This document shows, in pieces, positions 1 to 13,499 of a stretch of DNA of 64,000 nt (its first letter is position 1; every line of letters starts with the position of its first letter). The translations under genes were made by a program, and so were the position numbers. Source of the stretch: Lama guanicoe. Its lineage: Eukaryota. The notes under the pieces were generated by a model that had not been told where the DNA came from, did no database searches, and saw nothing but the letters and a program-made list of their open reading frames with translations. The stretch lies in assembly GCA_013239625.1 (NCBI GenBank), contig MU053379.1, positions 3,702,866 through 3,766,865 on the forward strand. Reading direction: 5' to 3'.

Positions 1-249
1 AGGTGACAGATGGGTTTAGGGCCCAGGTGCTGCAGAGCAGGAGTGGAGGATCACTGGAGGCTTTAGATTGGGGAACAGTGCAGTCAAGAGGTGTTTTAGA
101 GTGAGTCTCTGGTGGTCTCTCACACGGGGGGTCGGGTGCACTGGCAGGGCTGGACGCTGACAGTGCAGAAGAAAAGGCCTCGGTCACCATCAAGCTAGGA
201 ACCGGCGGGGTTTTTGTGAGTGGTTCCTGTACCAGGTGACCTTCCGGAG

Positions 250-1248
250 AAAGACAGACCCACCCCTCCCACCACGAACTCAGGGTAAGGCCAGTGGATC
301 ACATATTAAATGTAGAAAATGAAGCTATGGGAGCGCCAGCTGGAAGCACGGGAGGGAGGGAAGGCTTTCCAACGGTGACAAAAGGCCACAAATTAAAAAA
401 AAAATCAGAGAAATCTGACTGCTAAGAGTCAACATTTTCTACATGAAAAAAAAGTCACCAAAAGACAAGTGAGAAATGAGGAAAAAAACATATTACAGAT
501 GAAGTGCGAACCTCCCTAATATATGAAAATTTCCTCAAAACTGAGAAAAGGGCTGGCAGCCCAACGGAAAAGCGGGCAAAGACATTTCACAGAAAAAGAG
601 CCACAGAAGACCTGAAACATGGCAAGACGCTCCAGCCGGTCCACACAAAGAGAAAAGCAAGCTGTAACTGCAACAGCGCCCCGCCTCTCCCCGCACAGCC
701 TGGCCGAGGAAGTTACCGTCGGGCGTGCGAAATGGGATAACTTCTGTGGAGGGCCATTTGGCAACATTTATCCAAGTTACAGATGTATTTATCCTTGAGC
801 ACAGAAATTCCACTCCTGGAATTTATCCCACTGAAGCATATCTGCGCGCCCCGAACAGCAAGAGGTTGGACATGAGTAAGAGGCTGAGTCCGTGCTGGTG
901 CTCGGGCAGCGGGCCGCTGCTCGGCTATTAAAAGAGGGGCTCGAATCCCTTCCTGGGGTGCTGTGGAAAGCTCTCCAGGATGAGTGAGAAACGCAAAGTG
1001 CAGAACAGCGCGCCTGGCACGCTGTCCTTTGTGTAAGAAGCAAGGAGAAAGGCCCTGTGCTCTTGTTTGCAGGAAAGGAAGCAAAAACAGCTGATGCAGG
1101 TGGGTTCCTGTGTGTTCCCGGGGCGGGAGGGCAGGATGTCAGTGAGAATAAGACTCCTCAAAGGGGACTCCTTCGTATCTTTGGGAAACTTGAGTCATGT
1201 GAATGTATTACCCATTAACAAAAAATAAAATGAAATTAAAAAAAAAAT
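250..1248 (+). mobile_element. Old L1 (L1M/ME-like) 3' portion with A-rich tail
   Basis: A-rich degenerate ORF2-end motifs (aattccactcctggaatttatcccactgaa) and a terminal gaatgtattac...aaaataaaatgaaattaaaaaaaaaa tail. Confidence 0.65.
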
Positions 1249-1774
1249 GAGTGGTCCATAGTCTCAGAGGTCCTCAGGGGAGGGCAGGTCTGTTACTGGT
1301 AGGTGTCGTGGGCAGTCAGGACCCAGGGACCTCACCTTGGAGCCCAGAATGCCAGGGACGTCCTGGACAGGGTGCCTTTGCTTCCGTCTCGGCCCCGGGC
1401 CCTGGAGGTGAGGCTCAAAGCTGCACTTTGTTTTCCAGAGGCTGCTCCCAGCACTGAGATGACCAGGGTGGGGAGGGGAGCCCTGGGAAGGCACACCTCG
1501 ACTCGGAGGGGTTTGTAGAAATGAGGTTCTGTGGTTCTCCTGCGAGAATAGATCGGAGGCCAGCAGGCTGCGGCTTGCAGAAATTCTGCCCTCGTGAACA
1601 AGTCAGCTCGTTTTACAATCAGCAGAGCAAAACGCCTGCCCAGGCAGCTTCCCCTCTGACATTCCCAGCTCCCGGCTCACCTGGCTTCCTCCTGGTTTCT
1701 GCCTGCTTCACTAATTTGAGACCCATGATCACAAGTCTATGCTGTATTAAAATTGTTCTATGTTCTTCCAGTCA

Positions 1775-1946
1775 TTAATGATGACTATCACACGACAGTC
1801 ATCTATGGAGCCCTTGCTCTGCTGCAGGGACTGTCCTGAGGGACTGACTCCTGGACCTCATTTAAGCCTCCTGACTTCCTTAAGAAATGGGTTCTCTTGT
1901 AACCCCATTTTCCAGATGGAAAAACTGAGGTTCGATGACTTGCCCC
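1775..1946 (-). mobile_element. MIR SINE
   Basis: cccattttccagatggaaaaactgagg...gacttgccc, the MIR core in reverse orientation. Confidence 0.7.
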
Positions 1947-4900
1947 CATGATGACGATGATGGAGCAGGAGTGTCTTCTGTCCACACAGTCTGTGTTCTG
2001 CTCCGGGACTTGGACCTGAGACCCTCAGCCTCCCCGCTCTGGCACCCCCACTTTGTAGCTGTGTGTTAACTTCCAGGCTCGACACTCCATGGCCTCAACC
2101 CTCTCTCCTGCCTTCTATGCCCCTATTTTCTGCCTGGGGCCCAGCTTCCCTCCCAGACTGTTCACTTCACCCTTGCTTTCGTGTGACCTCCCTTTGCTCA
2201 CCTTCTCTTTCCTGGAATGCCCTTCCTGCCGCTCCTGCGGGCCTCCACCCATCAAAATCCACTCTTCAAGGTCCATCTCAGATGCTGACTCCTTCCTGAA
2301 ACACCCTGTGGCCCCCGGCCTCTGGGGACCTCTTTTGCCATGAACTGTGACTTTCCCCGAGTTGGCTCTGCCCATAGCGGGGCCCCAAGGTTTCCACCAC
2401 GGCCCCCCTCTGGAGGGCCCAGGCAAACATCCTGCCTGGCCACGGGCTCCAGGGACTCAGGGTGGCAAATTTTTTTTTTTTTTTGCCGTCTTCTGTTTTG
2501 TCCTTAAAAAGGGCAAAAAACTTGTCTCCTTTGCCATGAACAGCCCACGCTTGTCTGGCTATCAAAGTAACGTTATTTTCCAAAATCATGAGGTGAGACT
2601 GACATTTCAGCAGGACGTGCTTTTGCGAGGCTGGGAGCACCCTCTCTCCCACTGCCAAGCGCCGGCGGGGGTACACACCCACATTTAAGAAATAGCGGCG
2701 AGAACGTAAAGTGCATAAAGAGTGGAAACTGCCTCCTGTTCCCGGTCCCAGCATTGCCAGCCACGTGCTGATCATAGAAGGAACTTTATAGTTGCTCAAA
2801 CGAATAACATGTTAACATAACCTCTGAAAGTCTGAAAATCATTTATTTCTCAGTAGATATAAGTTTCCCTTGTAACTGAAGCTACTTGATTAATTTGCTC
2901 AATGAAACTATTTTTCAGAGCTGACACAAGCCCACCCGACACGGCTCACGTTCCCAAGATCTAATTTGTGGAGCCCTTTGGAGGTTCTGTTGTATTTCCA
3001 TTCCAGATATTTACATATGTTGGAAACAGAGCCAGACCACATTTTAAAATCTGTGCGTTTGTCCCAGAGCCCTCCCACCTCCGTATTTGTTGCCTTTCCT
3101 TTGCTTCTCAGATTCTCAGGGCCCTGATGCTAATCTGAGATGGTCCTGCTGCAGCTCCCTCCCTGCTCGGGAGCCCTGAAGCCCATCACTTCTCTCTGGG
3201 GAGGACGCCCGCCTGCTCGGAGCAGCTCCCTCGGTTGGGCAGGAGGATGGCGGACAGCTGGGAGCCGGCCACCCTGACTTCCCTCCCCGTGTGATTTGGT
3301 GGCAGTGATTTTTATCTCCACGCCTCCACCCTCCATCTGTGGGGCAAGGAAACTGCTCTAACAAACCCACATGGTTGGCGAAGGAGGTGATGCATGTCCT
3401 GGGCTGGGCTCCCCGGGGAGGGGGCTGAGTCAGGGTTTGTGGCGGGAGGTCTACTGGGGGTGTTCTTGGGGTCAACACCTGGTGAGGTGAGGGGCCAGGA
3501 CTGAGCAGGGGGAGAAGGGACTGTGCTAGGACCATCATCCCTGAACTCCAGCCCTGGGATGGTCCTTCACGGTTGTCCTCCACTGAGGCCTCTGTGTCTG
3601 CACACAGGCAGTCATTGGATGTAAGCTGGCCCAGGAAGGAGGTCTCCTTGGGTGTGACAGCTGTCGTCAGCTGAGGGCGGTGGGAAGGGGGCTCAGCTGG
3701 GAGCTGTCAGCACCAACACTCCCAGCAGAGGGGGCCTGGGGCTCGGACCTGGGGTGGGAGGAGGTCTGGGCAGCCCAGACAGCGCCCAGCACAGTGTGTG
3801 AGGTTCCTGACCCCGCAGTGGCCAGGGCCAGCAGAGCACCACAGCACTCTGCCCACCAGTAATGTACAGGTGACAGCCTGGCTATCCCAAGTGTGTGGCC
3901 TTTCACGAATCACAGATGCCACGCCACCAAAATCTTGGTGAAGATGCACTTCAGGGACCCACGAGACAGGCTGGGACCTGGGGCGTTTTGCTGTAGTGTT
4001 TTCACCTGGACAAACATCTCCTCAAGCAACAGAACACAAAGAAACTGCACAGGACTAAGGATGACCGCGCACCTGCACGGCCAGGGCAAGCTAGGAGCAA
4101 CAAGACACCAAAAGACCAAAAGCCCAACTGCCACTTCGGCGTGCTGCGAGCAGGGGTGGGCACTGGGCAAGACCCCTGCGCACGGCACCACTGGGAGTGG
4201 GGGGCTGTGCACCTAAGCCACCCCTCCCACCTGAGTCTGGGCCTGTCCCCACCCTCCCTGGTTTAGGGACCAGCTCGCAGCCCCCCACCCCGGGGAGCGA
4301 ACAGGGGCGCCTGTCACTTGTCCTTGCTCCGTCTGCTGCAGCACAAGCCCCAGGGAAGCCTCGCCCGGATCCCTCGCCCGGCCTCTTACCAGTTTCTATT
4401 GATTAAAGAATCTAAGAACCCAGGTGGCAACACTGGGGAAAAGTTAAAAATGTGGGCCAACCCAAGAGAGATGCAAATTTGGGGGGAAGGGGTAATTCAC
4501 GGTAGGGAGGTCAACCTCCACTCATGCTCAGCCAGGAGCACCCCACTGTGGCAGGGGCCACGGCAGACAGCCCCCCGAAACCAGGCCCAAGATTTGTTCA
4601 CGAGGGACGGCCGACCCCCCGAGGCAGCCCTGGTGCTTCCTCAAGCAGAAAGGACATGTTCAAAAGGCAAACAAGGAAAGGAAATCCTTCCCTCAGGACA
4701 AAAAGCAAGAGAGCAAACAGAGGCAAGCCCTTGTCTCTGACAAAGGATGGGTTCGGTGCCCCAGTGGGTGCAGGCAGAACGGGCCGGGCGGCCTGTCGGG
4801 GGCCCGGCGTCTCAGGAGGACTGGGCCCTGAGAACCGTCGTCCCCCCAGGATACCAGGAAACTCTGGACCAACGGAATTTCTTCTTCCTCGACTTCCTCA

Positions 4901-7318
4901 CAGCTGCCACTCGCCACCTCTTCGCTGTGGACCCTGTCTCCCCACGGGCCTCGCCTCGGTGTCCTGAACCCCAAAAGAACCACAGAAGAATGTGGCAAAC
5001 AGACAGAAACTTGGGAAAATCCTTTAAAGCTGCTTCCTTCTCAAGACACCATTCAGGACAGCTTGATTTACCCATGTTTGTGTCATCAAGTCACCCACTG
5101 CGCACCTGACAGATGTCCTATCAAAGGGACAAAAATTAAAATGCGGTCTTCTCTCAAAAATACAGAAGACTCGTGTGGGGAGAACAGGGGCCCGGAGTCA
5201 GCAGCCGCTGCGGCTCGGAGTGGTCCCCGGCTGGGCCGCGAGTCCTGCCATGGCCCGGCCCCGGAGGCCCCGAGGCTGGAGGCCAGGTTTCAGGAAGGGG
5301 TAGAGCCTGGATTCCAACCTGAGAGCTCAGAGCAAATAAAAAGCCTCAGCTCCTGAATCATCGGCTCTCTGTAGCCGGGTCCTTTTCTGAGCGTGAGGTG
5401 CATGTGCATTTTGGACCTGTAGACGCGGAGCCTTAAAGAGGACACGGCGACCTCCGTGGGCTGACTCCCCGACAGCGGGCACACACGTGTCCTCGTCATG
5501 GGCAGCAACTCTGCTCCCGTCCATCTGATCATAAATTCCTCCAGCCTCCCGGCAGCTTAAATACTAGAGACACAAAGAAAAGCTGTCAGGGCACAATGGG
5601 AACAGGAGGCGATCTGACGACATCCCCTTCCCTGGGTCACCAGGGGCAGCGTGAGGACCGCCTGACATGAGCGACTGACCGGAGGACGCAGAGCCAGCGG
5701 TGGAGGGAAAGCCCCTTCAAACCCCTCGGTGCGCCCAGCGGGGAGCTCCACTGTGTGCCGCCCCCCGGCCAGCCCCACTGCCCCCCTCCAGGTACCCATG
5801 CCCCAGTTTAAAGAGAAACGGAGACGAAAGTGCCAGATTTGTTCTGCCCACATCAGTTGGCTGACGTCACAAACACGAACACATGTCCTGCACATGCGAA
5901 GCCCAGCCCCTGTACAAAACGGCCTGGCTTGTATTTTGTGAGACGTCAAGACAGAAGGGAGATTAGACCGAGCAGCGTCTTGGCTCGAGCAGAGATGCTG
6001 TTGTGGAAAGCGGAGGGGTGGACCACATCTCCCCGCTGCCGGCTTCCGGGCAGCCAAACCCTCGCCAGTTGGCCCGTCAGGAGGCAGCAGCCCCAGGGCT
6101 GAGCATCTCCCAGTCGGATGGCTGTTAATTCAGGGATCCACGCTGCCAGCGTCTAGATGCTTAGAAACCTTGTCAAAATTCATTTTCTCAGCACATCCGC
6201 TTGGAAGGCCTGTGGTCCTGCCGCCGTGTTCCGCATCTGTTCCTGCCTTGGGTCCAGCTCGCTAAACCTTAAGCTCGTTGCTGAGACGTGCTGGGTCGTT
6301 TTAAGGGCATTTTAGTTTTGTTCCTATTGTTACTATTATTAATTTTCACATGCCTTTACGTTGTTTTGACATTATCTTAGAACATAGTATAAAGTATAAA
6401 TAGATAGTATAAATCTTATTTAAATAGGTGAACACAAAGAATTTTTTTACAAGACACTTGAAAAAATTGATGCGGTTCCTAAAATAGACATTTTAAGATT
6501 GCCTCAGGAGATGCCCCTGTAAGATTTAAAAAGAGAACAAGACTTTAAAGCCCCACAAGAATTAGTGTATTTTTCCTTTCGGTCTTACAGTGACTTAGAA
6601 ACCAAGGTTTGTGGCTGAGCAGGATCCTGACATCCTGCACCTTAGGAGTCAAGCACATAAAGATCCTTAGCAGCAGACTTCACCTCAGGTTTTCTTGGAA
6701 CCTGTTTAAAAACGAAATGCAGTTCATACTTTAGAACATGCACGTGTTTATAAGACAATACAAATCAAATAAAGCCGTCTAAATCTTCAGGTTCATTACC
6801 AAGGCGGGGCTGATTAAAATTGAAAAAGGAGGACTTTCCTCTTAATACTTTCTGAGACTTTAAAAAGGATAAGTGAAGCATTTTTCTTTTTTTCCCTCTC
6901 CGCCCCCTCTCCCTCTCTCCCTCCACCCTCATGTTGACACTTCTGTCATGATCGCGACAAGCCAGCGATCTGGGGGGAGAGCTTCTCTGAGACCTAACAC
7001 GCAACACTGCTGCAGCCACTGTGGGGAAGTCCCCTCCGACGTGCGTGGCAGTTAAATAATGTTAACAACAGAAATAGTCATAAAAAATGTCAAGTTACAC
7101 TTAGTCCTTAAAAAGATTCAGTTTTCTTAGATGCTACCAGAAGCCTGAGGGTCATGCCCGCCCTGTGACCTTGGCCACATGAAATTACACATGCTCTCGT
7201 GGGTCATGTTAAGGTGCCTGCAGAGGTGAGCGAGGCCAGTCAGTCACTGGTTAGTGCTGCACCGGGGCAAAGAGTCACAAAGCAGGGAGCCTCGAATTCC
7301 ATCGTCCCCTCCCTAAAG

Positions 7319-7492
7319 CAGAGATTCTCAACCTTGAATGCAGCTTAGAATCACCTGGGTACCCTTAAAGACCCAGGGTCTGGGCTGCATTCCGAAAAAT
7401 TCAGTCAGAGTCTCTGTGAGGGGACTCGGGCGTCAGGACCGTCTGAGGCTCTCTCGGTGACTCCCGGGTGCAGCCATCAGGAGAACCAGGCC
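7319..7492. mobile_element. MER5-like hAT-Charlie DNA transposon remnant
   Basis: cagagattctcaaccttgaatgcagcttagaatcacctggg...ggtgactcc...gtgcagcca...gagaacca. Confidence 0.65.
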
Positions 7493-10199
7493 GAGCAGGA
7501 CTGGCTGGGGTGGTCTCTGTTCGAGGCATGAAAGCTGAGTACTGATTCCAACGGCTGTGCGGGGACGTGCGCTCAGCCCGCACCGGTGACGCGGGGCTGC
7601 TCCTGAGTGCGATCGCAGACCCTGTCTAATGTTTTCCATACCGGGCAATGAGATCACAAACTCCAAAACACTAAATCAAAACCGGAGGCATTACGGGTCT
7701 TCAATAAAACTCCATAGCCCATACACAGGGGGAGGGGGGAGAAAATTAAAACCATCGCTGAGCTGCAGACACACTACACAGATACGTGTGGCAGGCACTG
7801 TGATATGGCAGCCATTCCAGAGAAAAAGAGATCCAGCCGCAAGGAGCCTGGTGGTAAAAAGTCACTCACAAGTAGAACTCTGGTTTGTGCCCGGAAGAAA
7901 GCTCATCATAAAAGACACTTTCAGTTTCTGACAAGAAAGTGATTTCTGTGGCATTGCAGGGAGAAATAACCCAGAGATGGACGCACGAAGCGTTGAACAA
8001 ACGTGAAGGAGGTGCCGCTTTGACGAGAACATGCACTTCCAGAGGCCTTCAAGGCTTCTGAGCTTACACTAAACAAACCAACCTAGCAGCCTGGAGCAAA
8101 GCTTTTATTCCCAAACAGCAACGTTTCCAAATAGCATGCTGGATACAAAATGTATCTTATGTTACTATCTGATTATGAATGATCATCCTAAGCTCGCAGA
8201 AACGGATAACTGAAAATGGGGGGTGGGCTGGGGAGGGGCGGGGGCAGGACTCCTGCTTCACTATCTCTTTACCCGAGAGAAACTTGGAAACCATCTGCCA
8301 GCAGGTTTCTGAGTTCTTTAGTGCAAACCTCCTAACTGCCCCATATCCAGCGCTGGAATTTTTTCTTTTTCTGTTGAAGATTGGAGAGCAATGATTTTTA
8401 AAAAGAAATCAGACAAGTCCAGGTAAAGCCGAACTGAATGGGCATTTCTTTAGTTCAAGAAAAAGGGCTCACACGTGGCCTTCAACTTCCACGTCCTCCC
8501 CCCATCCTCCAGGTTCAATGTCCATGGAGGATCAGAAATTTCCAAAGCATTCAAGGGCAGCACACATCAAGCTGGTTCCAATTAGGCTGGCCGGTGTGGA
8601 TGTCTCACACGTGTCAATATTTGCAGCAGAGCAATTCTGAGCTGCAAGGGCGGCCTCTAAGCAGCGGGAGATCCTCGCCCACCGCCGCTCGCCTGTGCCA
8701 GTCACCTTGCAGGCAGGCTCACCATCACGCTCTTGGTCCTCCTTGAAAACGCCCCTTCTGTCCTCTGTACTCCGGAGCAGCTCTTAGATCTCTCGTTTTC
8801 CAAGTGCCCAGACCCTGAACAGGAGATTTGCCCCATAGACGTTTGAAGGTTCCCAAATATTTCCATTTTCATATTGCTGTTTAGACTCAGCACTGTCCCA
8901 TAAACATTTTTGAGAGCTCACTGCAGAGGTGGAATTTTGACCAGTGCCTGGAGCCCTTTGCAGGCTTTTGCAGCTGGAATGAAATGAAACCGATCTAATT
9001 AGGCAGCGTAGGTCATGTTATGTAAGGGGGAGCTGAGGCCCACCTGGCATGACCATTGCCTGGATTTTGCACCCATGAGAACAAACAGGCGAGAACTGGA
9101 GGCACACTGCTCCTTCGGAAGGCTCCAAGAAAACATTTCCACAAATGGCACCAGCTCCCTGTGGTAATTTTTTATCACCCAAATGCAACATTTAAAATGA
9201 AATGTGATGAATGTAGCGGTCACAGCCCTGCATCGCAGGGTAGGAAGTATTTCAGGTTTTCGTGTGTGATCCTCAGTTTCCCTCTATTTATCTCTAGTGG
9301 GAGTTTCAGGACAAGTCTCTGTTTTCTGACTTTTTTCCTAACTTCTGCACGGAATTAGGAAACTGTTTCATCCTTCATGCAGACAGTATTCATCTATTCT
9401 TGTTTGTTCATTTCATTTTAGGAAAATAAAAATTGTCTTTGCTCCTCTCAGACATCTCCTTCCCTGTCAGTCCCTGTTCCAGGGAAAACGCCGCTGCTTC
9501 CCGCCACCGGCAACTCGACCCCTTTCGGTAATAAACATTAATAAACGTTTCCAGGCTGATAACTAAAGTGCAAGGCTGGGCAACGAACTTCAAGGCCAGC
9601 ACAGTCACCAGCAGGCCAAGTGGGAATTAGCCATGAGCATGGGTCTGTGAGAAGCGGTGGGCCGAATTTCGTGTCCTTGGGGCCCTATTTGAAAGCTAAT
9701 TGACACCATCTTCAACACCTTCCTTTTGGGTTCTGCGGAGTCTGTGTGTCCCAGTCTGGGGCGGCAGGTGCAGGGCGTAACGCCCCCACCCTCTTCCCTG
9801 TGAGTCCACTGGGCCGCCCGCAAAGGGGCCGGTTCAGCCCGGGTCATCCTCTCCCCACCGCGGCGGCCCCTCCAGGCGGGGTTGTCGCCTAACTTCACAG
9901 CCCCGTGTCCGGCGAGCTAGTTCGTTGTCCCCGCGTTCCCTGGGGTCTGCAACCCCCTGACCTGGGTCAGCTTTTCCTCCCTTGTGTCCCAGTGCTGCCG
10001 GCCACTTCCTGCTCGTTACTATTTTTAAGTGCGGTGCCCGGGATTCCCTTTACAAAACTGCCAGGGTCAGGGTGGAGGCGCACAATATAACCTGGTGCAT
10101 GACGTGCATTTGTAGCCTGCGCTTTTTTTTTTTCAAAAAAAGCAACTTTGAACAGAAAGCTAAGAGGCTGACGTTGTTTTCCGACCACTCAGCGCACGG

Positions 10200-11420
10200 C
10201 ATAGCGCTCCTAGAAGCACAGAGAAAAAGCGCGGGGCCGGCGCGCAGCCAGGGCTCCCTGGAGCGCTTGCGGGCTCGCAGGCCTGGGCGGGCGGGAGGCT
10301 CCGGGGTCCGGCCCCCGCTTCCTCGGAGCCCGCGCTGGTCCTGCGGCCCCGGCGGGATCTGAGTGGGACTTCCTTCTGCTGGTTTAGGTTTCTCCCGAAG
10401 CCTTTGAGATGCACGGGCCCCGGGAACACCCCGGCCTCTTGCGACTGGTACATTTCGTTTGCACCCAAGTAACTTCCCGAAACAGCCCCACCGAAAAACG
10501 AATACGACACAGGAGACGTGAAGTCGGGTGACTGTCGCTCCAAGGACAACCTGGTCCCCGAACCTGTCTCGCAGCCTTCCCCTTCGCGGGCCGGGCGCGG
10601 GCGGCAAGCCGCGGGAGTACTCACGCGCAGCCCTTCCGGCCGCCGCCGGCCCCCAGAGCCCGGGAGGGCCGGCGGCCTCTTCCTGCCTCCTTTCTGCCTC
10701 GCGCTTTTGGCACGGAGTTGCCTCTCCTTTCTCTGCCTGGGGAAAGCGGAGCCAGTCCCCGAGGCCGCTCAGGGACCCTCGAATCCGTCCTCTGCCCTCC
10801 GGGCGTCCGGCCCCAGCAGGACGTGCCGTCTCCCGGCCTCGGCGGGCGCCCTCAGCTCGCTGCTCCGCGTCCCCGGGAGCCGCTTCTTCACTTTGTTCCA
10901 CGCTGCGCCCAAGGCGCCCAAAGCAACGGAGCCGAACTCAGCCCAGCACAGACGTGGAGCCCGCGAGCTTTCTACCCGTGCGCGCTCAGCGCCGACCACA
11001 TCGCCGCCTCCTGCCATCCAGAGACCAGACGGCGCCCGGCGAGGTGGAAGAGGCTTCTCCTTTCGGTCTGCAAGCCCACCTTTGGGCCACCTCGCCCCCA
11101 GCCCAGCCTGCCGCGCGGGCGCCGTTGGAGCCGTGCCGCGGGCCGACAGGGGGCGACAAACTGTAAGCTTTCCCGCGGCGGGCTGGGAGCCGGCGGCAGC
11201 GCTCGCCCTGCGGTCCCGCGGCGGGCAGCCCCCTGCTGGGGGGGTGGGGTGGGGGTGCGGGCGCGGGATGGGAAGTGAGGTCCGGCGGGCTGTGACACCC
11301 AAGAGAGTCCCCGGGCGCGATCCTCCTGGCGTCTCCTCCAGCTCCGGAAGGTCTTCGCCAAGGGGAGTGGGAGATGCCGTCTTGGGCCGCACTTCCTTGC
11401 GCCTCCTTGCCTGAGCCCTG
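10200..11420. promoter_or_regulatory. Upstream CpG island
   Basis: Very GC- and CpG-dense by inspection, 2.3-3.5 kb upstream of the PAX1 ATG. Confidence 0.8.
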
Positions 11421-13385
11421 GGGTTTCCTGGCACGGGGAGGGGTGATGCTCCCTTAACAGGGCGGCTGGGGGGAACCAGCTCTCACCGCAGCACCCCAGC
11501 TTTATTTGCTCTTTCCTGAACATGCCTACAGCGGGAGGAAGTAGCTTTCGCTGCTTCACCTTACCGTGAGGGTGCACCAGGTTGTAGGTGCTGCGTTTCC
11601 CGGGAGTAGGAATAAATCTTTGTGGTCTCAGGCAATTCAGGCAACGAAGTTCTAGATCAGGAGCTAACAGTTCCCAAACTACCTGGAGATAACTGAGCGA
11701 GTGGGGGCGCATCCCACTCCCCACGGCCTTGGAGCGCCCAGGTCCATTGCATTGCTCAGTGCTCTGCCCCTCACCTTTGCAGAGCCCCTGGCCGGGTTTC
11801 CCTGCCTTAATCCAAATGACCGTTTCCCCCTTGGAAATCCGACACTGCCTAATCCAAATAGCACCCCACTTCCGCCCATCTCACCGCTGGCCAGTGTACT
11901 GACTGTCCTCTACCTCCCTGAGGCGCCTGGAGCCCGAGGCTGCACTGCTTTCTGGGCTGCGGGATGGGAGAGTCTTCACCTCTTTTGAACCTATATTTTC
12001 TTTTTCCAAGGGTAGTTCTTGGAATTATATACAGGGCCCAGGAACTCCTTCCTGAGAGCCAGGGAGGATATTCAGCCCCTCCTAACTGACACATTGGGGC
12101 AGGTGAATTAGGAGCCAGCGACACTTTCTGGTCCCGCAGCGGAGGGAAAGGAGTCTGGTTATCGCTGCTCCTGGGCTGCGCGGATCCAGTCCGTCTGCTG
12201 GCAGCAGCATCTTTTGCAGGAGCTGTGCTCAGTTTTCTGCCGGGTCCCAAGCGCTGGACTCTTGCAGGGATAGGGGTGGGGACCCTTCCCTCCTCTGAGA
12301 AGAACCGGGGGCATGTGGGAGTCCCGGGAACTGGGGCTTTTCCTAGGCTCCATCCGAGGCCCCCCTTCCTGCCTCTATACTTTCAGTCCAATGCCCTTGG
12401 TGCTTACTGGCCCCAAGCTCAGAATTTCCAGGTCCCCTCGGCCTTCTCCTATCAGTTCAGCACAAGCCCAGGACCTTTCTCCCTCCACCTGCTCTCCCCT
12501 GGACTCACCACAAGGCTCCCTCTGGGACTGCTGCAGGCTGGGACATCCACAGCTCGGCAGTGATGCTGGATAGAAATAGAGAAAACAGTTGACAGTTAAG
12601 GCCAAAGAGTTCAGGGCTGCATGAATCCCGCTTAAATGAAGGGAGAGGACCATTCAGTCATCAACAAAGACGCCCTGGAAGCTGTGGGTGCTGGGTGAAA
12701 GGTGAGGCCAGGCTGCCCGGTGCGAGGGATGCGGGCTTCCGTCTTGGGAGAAAGGAATCCTCCTTTAGGCCTAGAGCGGGAGCCATAGCCTGTGACCTCT
12801 GGCCGGCCACCAAGACACCCTGGGGCCCCTGTTCTGGGAGCAGCAGGTCAGAATCCCTTTCCGACTTGCTTCCTGTGTGGACCTGTTCTCAGGGAGACAG
12901 AATCTAGAATGTGTCCCTCTCACAGCCCTGAAATCACATTACTACCCCAGGGAGTGGGTGTCTTAAACACGGTAAAGATCTTCTAAAGGCGAGATTGGGG
13001 TGTCAGCCAGAAATGGCACACGCAGGAGTCACTGCACCGCAAGTGCCTTGGGCCTTCCTCACCGGGAGCTCTGCAGTGCGCTGGGCTCTCACAGCGACAC
13101 ATGCGCTCCCGGAGCTGAGCCCCTGGCGCCACTCTTCCAAGCCCCCCGTCCAGGGAGAGGGGCGTAGAGGTAGCCCCCACACTGACCACGTTGCCATGAT
13201 CAACTGTAATCCTCTGACGTCTTAGTACTAATGACGATGGAGATTAGTAATAAAACTAAAACCAAAACTAGTACTAGTACTAATGAACGCTCATCAATTT
13301 AGAATGCCTAGCACATCATTCTCAAAGCCGGAGGGGCAAGGGGCTTCGAGGGGAGCGGAGCAAGTGGGAGCCCAGCTGGGGTGAG

Positions 13386-13388
<3 letters not shown>

Positions 13389-13426
<38 letters not shown>
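13389..13426. repeat. (GT)19 microsatellite
   Basis: Perfect dinucleotide run. Confidence 0.97.
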
Positions 13427-13428
<2 letters not shown>

Positions 13429-13470
13429 AGGGGGTGGGTTCCCAGGGAAGGCAGAGGGGGGAGGAAGGGA

Positions 13471-13489
13471 NNNNNNNNNNNNNNNNNNN
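13471..13489. other. Assembly gap (19 N)
   Basis: Run of N within a purine-rich GGA/GGGA tract. Confidence 0.99.
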
Positions 13490-13499
13490 AGGGAGGGAG

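Noticed and set aside
10050..11724. Several overlapping 186-298 aa ORFs on both strands
   Set aside because: Low-complexity Pro/Ala/Arg/Gly translations that are open in many frames, as expected from stop-codon scarcity in a CpG island; no recognisable domain.
13222..13282. TAGTACTA palindromes (TTAGTACTAA and the 14-bp TAGTACTAGTACTA)
   Set aside because: They look like slippage in a decayed AT-rich simple repeat or MIR tail; I know of no matching factor motif.
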